Below, one piece after another: positions 1 through 7,054 of a DNA stretch of 32,000 bases; position 1 is the stretch's first letter, and each line of letters opens with the position of its first letter. This stretch comes from Actinomadura macrotermitis (GTDB lineage Bacteria; Actinomycetota; Actinomycetes; Streptosporangiales; Streptosporangiaceae). The notes below the pieces were generated by a model. That model did no database searches. It was not told the origin of the DNA and saw nothing but the letters and a program-made list of their open reading frames with translations. The DNA is taken from positions 364,073-396,072 of the forward strand of contig NZ_WEGH01000002.1 of assembly GCF_009604375.1 (NCBI RefSeq), read 5' to 3'. A program made the position numbers and the translations under genes.

Positions 1-60
1 CGGGCCTGGTGGGGATGGCGCATCGCCCCGCGCCGGGCCGCGTCCTGGCGCGCCGCCCGG

Positions 61-711
61 GTGACCAGCCCGCTCGCCGCGGCCCAGTGGGAGACGGCCC
101 GCGTCACCCCGGAGACGGTCGCGCGGTGGCGGGCGGCGGGGATCACGGCGGCCGAGGCGATCGGCTGGCACGAGTTCGGGCTGGACCTCGAGTCCGCGAT
201 CGCCTACCGGGCGCAGGGCCACACCCCGGCCCAGGCGTACGAGGTGAGCTGCGGCCGCGAGCCGAGGCCGGCCGGGGAGGACGAGGACCGGTCCCCTGAC
301 GCGTTCCTCGGCCTGATGGCGTTCAACGCCTCCGAGGTCCAGCAGGAGACCGACCGTTTCATCAAGCGGGCGAGCGGCGCGACCGGCGTCACCATGTACA
401 CCTACCTCCAGGCCGAGTGGGTGGACGACGAGGCGGTCGCCTGGGTGCGCTGCGACATCGATGCCGCGACCGCCCGGACCTGGAAGGACCTGGGCCTGCG
501 TCCGGCGGAGGCCCGCCGCTTCATCCAGCGCGGCCTCAGCCCGATGGCCGTCGCACGCGAGTGGTGGCAGGCGGGCATCCCGTTCGAGGAGGCGGCGTCC
601 TGGATCGGCGCCGGGCTGACCCCTCGGGAGGCGGTCGAGCAGCGCGAGCGCGGCATCACCGCCGAGCAGGCCGAGACCCTGCGCGTCCTGCGCGACGGGG
701 ACGACGCCTAA
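61..711 (+). CDS. hypothetical protein made of ~13-aa tandem W/G/EA repeats; 5' end may lie outside the window
   Basis: The same frame is open from nt 1 (no stop in 1-60), and GTG at 61 is the first start in the track. About 10 tandem units have the form xxWxxxG[IL][TS]PxEA (ARWRAAGITAAEA, IGWHEFGLDLESA, RTWKDLGLRPAEA, ASWIGAGLTPREA, VEQRERGITAEQA). TAA stop at 709-711. No family recognised. Confidence 0.5.
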   Translation: MTSPLAAAQWETARVTPETVARWRAAGITAAEAIGWHEFGLDLESAIAYRAQGHTPAQAYEVSCGREPRPAGEDEDRSPDAFLGLMAFNASEVQQETDRFIKRASGATGVTMYTYLQAEWVDDEAVAWVRCDIDAATARTWKDLGLRPAEARRFIQRGLSPMAVAREWWQAGIPFEEAASWIGAGLTPREAVEQRERGITAEQAETLRVLRDGDDA

Positions 712-735
712 CACACGCGTCGCGGCCGGGAAACC

Positions 736-779
736 CCCGGCAAATCGGGATTTCAAGGACGGCCGGCATCCGGAAAAGT
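736..779 (+). promoter_or_regulatory. copy A of shared upstream element + putative promoter (CCCGGCAAATC-N23-CCGGAAAAGT)
   Basis: Sequence CCCGGCAAATCGGGATTTCAAGGACGGCCGGCATCCGGAAAAGT ends 33 nt before the P450 ATG. AAAAGT fits a -10 (nAnnnT), and TTTCAA lies 17 nt upstream of it. Confidence 0.45.
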
Positions 780-781
780 GA

Positions 782-799
782 TTCCTGTGATCACAGGAA
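782..799. promoter_or_regulatory. 18-bp perfect palindrome TTCCTGTGATCACAGGAA, operator-like
   Basis: I verified base by base that it is its own reverse complement. It lies 3 nt after the putative -10 and 14 nt before ATG 813, and overlaps the RBS. Confidence 0.6.
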
Positions 800-812
800 G
801 AGGTGCTCCGGT

Positions 813-1988
813 ATGACCGCTCAGATCCGGCTCCCGCTCGACCTGCCGCATCCGGCGCGTCCGCAGCGCAACCTCCGCGAGCTCCAGAAGCGGGCCCCGG
901 TACACCGGGTCAGCACCGCCGTGGGCGCCCCCGCGTGGCTGGTGACCGGATACCACGAGATCAGGCGGCTGCTCGGCGACGCGCGCCTCGGCCGCAGCCA
1001 CCCCGACCCCGACAACGCTCCGCGCAGCGGTGAGTCGGTGCTGCTCGACGGACCGCGCGGTGACTACGAGACCGAGCAGGCGTGGGTCTCGCTGATGCGC
1101 TCGCGCCTCCAGCCCTTCTTCTCCCCGCGCCATGTGCAGGCCATGCGCCCGCGCGTCGAGGCGCTCACCGGCGACCTGCTGGACCTGCTGGCGAAGCAGG
1201 GCCCCCCGGCGGACCTGGCCGGGTCCCTGGCGCTGGCCCTGCCGCGCGAGGTGATCGGCGAACTGCTGGGCGTCCCGGCGGAGGACAGGGCGCTCCTGGA
1301 CGAGTGGACGACGGCGATCAGCGACGCCGGGGACCGGGAACGGTCGGCGGGCGGCCTGGCCGCCCTCAACGACTACGGCCGGGAGCTGGTGGCCCGCAAG
1401 CGCGCGCGGCCCGGCGAGGACGTCATCTCCCGGCTCGGCGCGGACGGAACGCTCTCCGACGACGAGATCGCCCAGCTCGCGATGGGCGTGCTGTTCGCCG
1501 GGTACGAGACCACGGCGGCGGCGCTCTGCGCCGGCACGACGCTGCTGCTGGACTCCCGGGAGCAGTGGCGCACGCTCCGGGCCGACCCGGACCTGGGTCC
1601 CGCGGCGGCGGAGGAGAGCCTGCGGGTCGTCAGCCGCCTGCTCCCTCCCGACATCCGCTATGCGCGCGCGGAACTGGGGATCGCGGGGGCCACCGTCGAA
1701 CACGGCGAGCTCGTGATGCTCGACATGTACGCCGCGGCCCACGACGAGACCGTCTTCGACGATCCGGACCGGTTCGACATCACCCGCGAGAACAACCCCC
1801 ATCTCTCCTTCGGGTTCGGCCTGCGGTACTGCGTCGGGGCACCGCTCGCCCGGCTGGAGCTGCAGACCGCCCTGACCCGGCTGACCCGGCGCTTCCCCGA
1901 GATGCGCCTGACGGTGCCAGCCGGGGAGCTGACCGTGCGCCGTGCCTCGTTCGCCGCCATCCCCGAGTCCATTCCCGTCACCTGGTAG
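813..1988 (+). CDS. cytochrome P450 monooxygenase
   Basis: ATG 813 is preceded by GGAAGAGG. I-helix AGYETT, ExxR (EESLR) and heme-thiolate loop FGFGLRYCVGAPLA are present; 391 aa. The 417 start in the track adds an Arg/Pro/Gly-rich non-P450 extension. Confidence 0.93.
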   Translation: MTAQIRLPLDLPHPARPQRNLRELQKRAPVHRVSTAVGAPAWLVTGYHEIRRLLGDARLGRSHPDPDNAPRSGESVLLDGPRGDYETEQAWVSLMRSRLQPFFSPRHVQAMRPRVEALTGDLLDLLAKQGPPADLAGSLALALPREVIGELLGVPAEDRALLDEWTTAISDAGDRERSAGGLAALNDYGRELVARKRARPGEDVISRLGADGTLSDDEIAQLAMGVLFAGYETTAAALCAGTTLLLDSREQWRTLRADPDLGPAAAEESLRVVSRLLPPDIRYARAELGIAGATVEHGELVMLDMYAAAHDETVFDDPDRFDITRENNPHLSFGFGLRYCVGAPLARLELQTALTRLTRRFPEMRLTVPAGELTVRRASFAAIPESIPVTW

Positions 1989-2011
1989 ACCGGAGACCGA
2001 GAGGAACCCGC

Positions 2012-3466
2012 ATGAGCCTGACGACGAGCGCGTTGCGGGAGGGCGTCGGCCGGATCGCTCCCGCCGTGCTGGAGACCACCGGCACGCCCGGCGCCCTCAT
2101 CACCGTCGGTTTCGCAGGCCGGCGCCCTCTGACGCTGCCGTTCGGCGTGGCCGACGTGGAGACCGGCGCCCCGGTGACCGCATCGCACACCATGCGGGTC
2201 GGCAGCCTCGGCAAGGTCCTGGTCGCCACCGCGATCGCCGGCCTCGCCCGCTCGGGCGAGCTCGACCTCGACGCTCCCATCGACAGGCACCTGCCGTTCC
2301 CGGTCGTCAATCCGCTCGGCGGCACGGTGACCCTGACCAAGGCCCTGGCCATGCTCACGGGCGCCGCCACGGACGGATACGACTGGGTCGAGCACCCCGA
2401 GCCGCCGATGAAGTACATCGAGCGCGAGCTGAAGCGCGGTGTGGTCCGCGAGTACGGGACGGGCGCGCCGCGTTTCGCCGGCTCGGCGGACACGAACGAG
2501 TGGCGCTCCTCCTCGTTCATGTACCAGGTGGCCGCCCTGACGGCCGAGGCCGTGACCGGAATGCCGCTGGGGCGGTACGTGAAGGCCGAGATCCTGGACC
2601 CGCTGGGCATGCGCGACACCGCCTGGCGGGACAGCCCGGGGTGGGACGAGATACGGGCCCGCTGCACCACGGGCCACATGGTGTTCGGGAACCGCGCGGT
2701 CCCCCTGCCGTGGCACGAGTGCGGGAGCTACCACTCGGTGGGGGCGGTCATGTCCCCCGCCGACCACACGGCGCTGATGCTGGAGCTCATCCGTCCCGGG
2801 GGCCGGCTGCCCGGCGAGGTCTGCGAGACGGTGCTGCGGCCCCGGACGAGCGCCCGTGCCGGTCTCCGCGTCGGGTTCGGAGTCCATCTGGCCGGGGATC
2901 CGGAGGCGGTGGACTACTGCGTTCGCGCCGTGGGCCACTACGCGTTCGGCTGGTGGGCGGTCTCGCTCGCCTATCCCAACGCCCCCGAGCCGTTCTGCGT
3001 CACGGTGTGCACGAATCTCGCGGATCAGCGGGACGTCTTCAACCCGCCCGAGCAGTACTCCTTCGGCATTCTCGCCTTCGAGATCGCGAACTGGATCCTC
3101 AGCGGGACGATCGACACGCGCAGCCTGGCCACCCAGGCCGAATGGGGGTCCTATGTCATGGGCCTCGTCGCCGCCGACAGGTTCGCCGGTCTCATGGGCG
3201 CGGTCCTGGACAAGGGCCAGATCGTCCGGATGGCCAGGGGGACGCGGGCCGTCGGGCGCTCCTCCGCCGCGCCTTTCGACGAAAGCCTGTTCGTCGAGGG
3301 CTATCTGGACATGCAGGCCGCGGCGCGCGCCGGACGCATCGACGAGTTCCTCTCCCAGGAATGCCCGGTCGGGAGCGTCTTCCGCAAACTCGCGCGCAAG
3401 GAATGGGGGGCCAAGAACTTCGAGGATCCGTCGCCGGTCCGATTCTGGGTGGACAGGCGGCCCTGA
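2012..3466 (+). CDS. serine hydrolase, beta-lactamase / DD-peptidase / esterase fold
   Basis: ATG 2012 with GAGAGGAA RBS lies 23 nt after the P450 stop. SxxK nucleophile motif (VGSLGKV) sits near the N-terminus, followed by AEAVTGMPLGRYVKAEILDPLGMRDT, which is typical of the fold. 484 aa. Confidence 0.8.
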   Translation: MSLTTSALREGVGRIAPAVLETTGTPGALITVGFAGRRPLTLPFGVADVETGAPVTASHTMRVGSLGKVLVATAIAGLARSGELDLDAPIDRHLPFPVVNPLGGTVTLTKALAMLTGAATDGYDWVEHPEPPMKYIERELKRGVVREYGTGAPRFAGSADTNEWRSSSFMYQVAALTAEAVTGMPLGRYVKAEILDPLGMRDTAWRDSPGWDEIRARCTTGHMVFGNRAVPLPWHECGSYHSVGAVMSPADHTALMLELIRPGGRLPGEVCETVLRPRTSARAGLRVGFGVHLAGDPEAVDYCVRAVGHYAFGWWAVSLAYPNAPEPFCVTVCTNLADQRDVFNPPEQYSFGILAFEIANWILSGTIDTRSLATQAEWGSYVMGLVAADRFAGLMGAVLDKGQIVRMARGTRAVGRSSAAPFDESLFVEGYLDMQAAARAGRIDEFLSQECPVGSVFRKLARKEWGAKNFEDPSPVRFWVDRRP

Positions 3467-3505
3467 CCTTTCTCTCCCTCTCCGGCCGTCCCGGCTCGGA
3501 GGTAT

Positions 3506-3542
3506 CATGGCCGGGCGCCCACCGAACGGGCGCCCGGCCATG
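3506..3542 (+). terminator. GC-rich stem-loop (15-bp perfect arms, 7-nt loop) between the serine hydrolase and tetR genes
   Basis: CATGGCCGGGCGCCC-accgaac-GGGCGCCCGGCCATG. It lies 40 nt after the 3466 stop and 41 nt before GTG 3583. No U-tract follows. Confidence 0.45.
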
Positions 3543-3582
3543 CGCAGGCCGGGCCGAGCCGGGCAAGCGAGGGGAGGCGCGG

Positions 3583-4182
3583 GTGCCCACAGGGACCGCG
3601 ATCCGCGACGCACGCGAACAGCTGTTCAGCGCGGCCGAGCGCGTACTCCTCCGGGACGGGCCGAACGCCCTGACCAGCCGGGCGCTCACCACGGAGGCGG
3701 GTGTCGCCAAAGGCGTCCTGCACCGGCACTTCGCCAACTTCGACGCCTTTCTCGCCGAGTTCGTCCTGGACCGCGTCCAGCGGATGGACGCCCAGACCGC
3801 CGCCCTGCGCGATGCGGCCGGAACCGGCACCGTCGCCGGCAACCTCAGCCAGGCGCTGACGGCGCTGTTCGGATCGGTCGCCGTCGCGGTCGTCGCCCTC
3901 GTCACCTTCCGCGACGAACTGCGGGACCGGTTGCGGGAGACCTGGCCCGCCGGCGTCCCGGTCCTCACCGAGGCGGCCACGATGTTCGCCGACTACCTCA
4001 CCGCGGAACGCGAGCTGGGACGCCTCGCCCCCGGGGCCGACGTCGACACCGTGGCCTTCACCCTGATCGGGGCCGGGCATCTGCTGTTCGCCGACCGCAA
4101 GAGCGCCCCTCCCGAACCCGCCGCCGTCCACAGGCTGGTCACGACGACGCTCGGCGACTCCGTCCGGGACGTGTCCCGCTGA
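3583..4182 (+). CDS. TetR/AcrR family transcriptional regulator
   Basis: GTG 3583 follows GAGGGGAGG. The N-terminal HTH ALTSRALTTEAGVAKGVLHRHFANFDAFL is a typical TetR_N signature; 199 aa. Confidence 0.85.
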   Translation: MPTGTAIRDAREQLFSAAERVLLRDGPNALTSRALTTEAGVAKGVLHRHFANFDAFLAEFVLDRVQRMDAQTAALRDAAGTGTVAGNLSQALTALFGSVAVAVVALVTFRDELRDRLRETWPAGVPVLTEAATMFADYLTAERELGRLAPGADVDTVAFTLIGAGHLLFADRKSAPPEPAAVHRLVTTTLGDSVRDVSR

Positions 4183-4194
4183 TCCACGCGCCGC

Positions 4195-5040
4195 TCATAC
4201 CGGCGCGGTGAGCGAACGGGCCAGGGCCCGGGCGAACTCCCGCGGCCGCTCCTGAAAACCCGTGTGACCGCCGGGGAAGCCGACCACGGCGGTGCCGAGC
4301 CGGCCGGCGAGCGCGACCGAGGCCCGATGGGCGAGCTGCCCGCGCGAGGTGCTCCCGCCCGCCACCACGATCCGGGCGGGCGAGTCCCGCAAGGCCGCGA
4401 GGTCGGGCCGGTAGGACGCGACAGGACGCAGCAGGTGCCGGAAGAAGCGGTCGAGAACGGCCCGCGCGTCGGCCGGCGGCGTGAACGCACCGGGATCGGG
4501 TGCCGCCCGGCGGGCCCGCGGCGGCTGCGAGAAGCGCTCGATGCCGGTGACGGCCGCGTACATCTTCAGCGCCGCTTCCCTGCCCTCGTTCTCGTAGGCG
4601 TCGCACACCTCGCCGATCGCCGCGCGCAGCCGTCCGGCATCGGGAAGGAGCTCCGGCAGCGGCGGTTCGTGGGCGACGAAGGTGCGCACCAGGCCGGGAT
4701 ACCGGGCGACCAGGGCGAGCCCGGTGACGGCTCCGCCGCTGTTGCCGAACACATGCGCCGGTCCGGCGCCGAGGGCCGACAGCAGCCGGCGCAGGTCGTC
4801 GGCCAGCACCTCGACCGTGGTCTCCCGCGACGGGTCCTCGACGACGCTGCGGAACGTGCCGCGCGGATCGTAGGTCACGACCGTGAACTCGCGCGCCAGC
4901 AGCGGCGCGATCTGCGCGAAGCCGCCGGTGCCCATGGGCACGCCGTTGAGCACGACCAGCGGGCCGGAGCCGCGGATCTCGTGGTACAGGCGTGCGCCGG
5001 GTACCTCCAGGTGCCGGATCCGCGGGTCGCCGATCGCCAT
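4195..5040 (-). CDS. alpha/beta-fold hydrolase (possible thioesterase/esterase of the carrier-protein operon)
   Basis: Nucleophile elbow G-N-S-G-G (HVFGNSGGAVTG). An N-terminal ...LVVLNGVPMGTGGF... oxyanion region is present. GAGAGGAG RBS lies in the 21-nt gap after the upstream P450 stop. 281 aa. Confidence 0.8.
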   Translation of the reverse strand: MAIGDPRIRHLEVPGARLYHEIRGSGPLVVLNGVPMGTGGFAQIAPLLAREFTVVTYDPRGTFRSVVEDPSRETTVEVLADDLRRLLSALGAGPAHVFGNSGGAVTGLALVARYPGLVRTFVAHEPPLPELLPDAGRLRAAIGEVCDAYENEGREAALKMYAAVTGIERFSQPPRARRAAPDPGAFTPPADARAVLDRFFRHLLRPVASYRPDLAALRDSPARIVVAGGSTSRGQLAHRASVALAGRLGTAVVGFPGGHTGFQERPREFARALARSLTAPV

Positions 5041-5061
5041 GGCGGGTCTCCTCTCTCGCGG

Positions 5062-6267
5062 TCAGGCCCAGCGCACGCGGAGCGGCAGCCGCCTGGCGCC
5101 GCAGATCCCCCGCGCGTCGTGGAACTCGGCTCCCGCTGCCACCGACATCTCGCTCCAGCGGGCGAGCATCTTCGCCACGGCGATCCGGACCTCCAGCCGG
5201 GCGAGCGGCGCCCCCAGGCAGAAGTGGATCCCGTGCCCGAAGCTCTGGTGCGCCATGCGCCCGCGGCGGGGATCGAAGCGGTCCGGATCGGGGAAGCGCC
5301 GCTCGTCCCGGTTGGCCGAGGCCAGCCACGCCAGGACGATCCTGCCCGCCGGCACGACGCGGTCGCCGAACCGGACGTCCGCGGTGGTCCGGCGCATGCT
5401 CGGCGCGAGCGGGGTGCGCAGGCGCAGCACCTCCTCGATCACGCCGGGCAGCCCGGCGGGGTCCGCGCGCAGCGCGGCGGCGTCCTCGGGATGCTCGTCC
5501 AGGGTCTGGACGACGTTGCCCAGCAGCGCCGTGGTCGTGATGTGGCCGGCGAGCAGCAGCAGCCCCACGAACCCGACGATCTCCTCGTCCTCCAGGCGCT
5601 CGCCGTCCACCTCGGCGGCCACGAGCGCGCTGGTCAGATCGTCCTCCGGCCGGGCCCGGCGGCGGCGGATGTGCTCCAGGCAGTAGGCGTTCATCTCGCG
5701 CATGACCACCGCCATGGCCTGCGTGCGCCCGGCGTTCGGGACGAAGCCCGTCTGGCTCTCCGGCGCCACCAGGGAGTCGGCCCACCGCCCGAACGTCGGG
5801 CGGTCCCCGGCCGGAATGCCCAGGAGCTCGGCGATGACGGTCACCGGCAGCGGATACGCCAGGGCCGAGACCAGCTCGATCCGCTCCGCGCCGCCCATCG
5901 CGTCCAGCAGCTCGTCGGTGATGGCGGCGATGCGCGGTTCGAGCCGGGCCACCACGCGCGGGGTGAACGCCTTGCTCACCAGCGTGCGCAGCTTGCGGTG
6001 CTGGGGCGGGTCCTTGCGGAGGACATTGCCCTTGATGAAGCGGTCGACGTCCTCCTGAGCCGGCATGAGCGGGCTGAAGTCGGACGAGAAGGTGCCCGCG
6101 TCGTCCAGCACCCGTTCCACGTCGGCATGGCGGAAGACGTGCCATACCCCCGCCTCGGCGTCATGGCTGACGGGTTCGCTCTCGCGCATCCTCCGGAACC
6201 AGGCGAGCACCGACTCGGCGTCGCCGGCCTGGTCGGCCAGCCCGGTCCCCCGCTCGGCGGTGGTCAT
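5062..6267 (-). CDS. cytochrome P450 (atypical I-helix AGHITT), translationally coupled to the carrier-protein/flavin-reductase gene
   Basis: The ATG at 6267-6265 overlaps the upstream TGA (ATGA). ExxR (EEVLR) and the heme loop FGHGIHFCLGAPLARLE are present; 401 aa. Confidence 0.92.
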   Translation of the reverse strand: MTTAERGTGLADQAGDAESVLAWFRRMRESEPVSHDAEAGVWHVFRHADVERVLDDAGTFSSDFSPLMPAQEDVDRFIKGNVLRKDPPQHRKLRTLVSKAFTPRVVARLEPRIAAITDELLDAMGGAERIELVSALAYPLPVTVIAELLGIPAGDRPTFGRWADSLVAPESQTGFVPNAGRTQAMAVVMREMNAYCLEHIRRRRARPEDDLTSALVAAEVDGERLEDEEIVGFVGLLLLAGHITTTALLGNVVQTLDEHPEDAAALRADPAGLPGVIEEVLRLRTPLAPSMRRTTADVRFGDRVVPAGRIVLAWLASANRDERRFPDPDRFDPRRGRMAHQSFGHGIHFCLGAPLARLEVRIAVAKMLARWSEMSVAAGAEFHDARGICGARRLPLRVRWA

Positions 6268-7043
6268 CGCCCTGTCCCTCCCGCCATCCATGCCGAGAAC
6301 CGGCGCCTGCCGTAGAGCAGCGGTTCCCCCGCCAGGATCTCGGCGCCGACCACCTCGCCGAGCACCACCGCATGGTCGCCGACGTCGAGCATCCCGGCCA
6401 CGGCGCACTCGGCCACGGCGAGGGCGTCGGACTCCAGCCACGGAAGCCCCTCCGCCCCGGTAGGCCGCCAGTCGACGTGGGCGAACCGGTCGGCCACGGG
6501 GGAGGCGAAGATCTCCGCGGCCCGGCGGGCCCCGGCGTTCAGCAGGTTGACCGCGAAGCTCTGCCGCGTCGTGATCGCCTCCAGGGTGGTGCTCCCGGCC
6601 TTCAGGCACACCAGCAGGGTCGGCGGTGAGAGGGTGACGCTGCACAACGAGGAACAGGTGGCCCCCCGCGGCAGCATGTCCGCGCCGATGCTCGTCACGA
6701 CCGCCACGCCGGTCGGGAACGCACTCATCAGCGACCGGTAGGCGTCCAGCCCGACATGGCGGCGCCCGGATCCGGCCGGCCCGGAGGCGGCGGGCGACGC
6801 CGCGATCGCGATGGAGCGCAGCGAACTGTAGGCATCGGGCGGGTCGTCCGGATCCCATGCGGTGTGGAACTCCGCCTCCACCCTGTCGAGCAGGGACACC
6901 AGCGTCAGCGAGTCGACGCCGAGGCTCAGGAGCGTCGCGTCGCCGTCCACCGGCAGGTCGGCGGGATGCTCGTCCCAGACCTCTTTGAGTAACGATCGAA
7001 GGCGGTCGAGGACGTGCTCGAGTTCGGCGCCTTTGGTGCTCAT
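6264..7043 (-). CDS. fusion protein: N-terminal acyl/peptidyl carrier domain + C-terminal HpaC/RebF-like flavin reductase domain
   Basis: Residues 1-85 form a carrier domain with the phosphopantetheine motif LSLGVDSLTLVSLLD (Ser45 codon at 6909-6911). An Ala/Ser/Gly/Pro linker follows. Residues ~100-259 match the flavin-reductase-like domain pattern (YRSLMSAFPTGVAVVTS...SSLCSVTLSPPTLLVCL...FAVNLL...DRF...GDHAVVLGEV). ATG at 7043 follows GGAGGAACC. Confidence 0.85.
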   Translation of the reverse strand: MSTKGAELEHVLDRLRSLLKEVWDEHPADLPVDGDATLLSLGVDSLTLVSLLDRVEAEFHTAWDPDDPPDAYSSLRSIAIAASPAASGPAGSGRRHVGLDAYRSLMSAFPTGVAVVTSIGADMLPRGATCSSLCSVTLSPPTLLVCLKAGSTTLEAITTRQSFAVNLLNAGARRAAEIFASPVADRFAHVDWRPTGAEGLPWLESDALAVAECAVAGMLDVGDHAVVLGEVVGAEILAGEPLLYGRRRFSAWMAGGTGR

Positions 7044-7054
7044 GGTTCCTCCTG

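Noticed and set aside
417-812. N-terminal extension giving a 523-aa P450
   Set aside because: The extension is Arg/Gly/Pro-rich, overlaps the end of the upstream gene, and runs across the promoter-like element and the palindrome. ATG 813 has an RBS and gives a normal 391-aa P450.
3506-3542. The 15-bp-arm inverted repeat as the TetR operator
   Set aside because: It is extremely GC-rich with a 7-nt loop and lies downstream of a stop codon, so it looks more like an RNA terminator or attenuator hairpin. The AT-containing 18-bp palindrome at 782-799 is the better operator candidate.
1658-3613. 651-aa ORF on the minus strand, and the 794/746-aa plus-strand ORFs at 1082..3466 and 1942..4182
   Set aside because: The minus-strand ORF is a shadow. 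The two plus-strand ORFs are read-through frames whose only meaningful parts are the serine hydrolase (from ATG 2012) and the TetR (from GTG 3583).
4139-6315. Very long ORFs 4139..6145 (-), 668 aa, and 4264..6315 (+), 683 aa
   Set aside because: These are Arg/Pro/Gly/Ala-rich shadow frames of the real alpha/beta hydrolase and P450 genes. They contain no catalytic motifs. Long open shadow frames of this kind are expected in GC-rich DNA.
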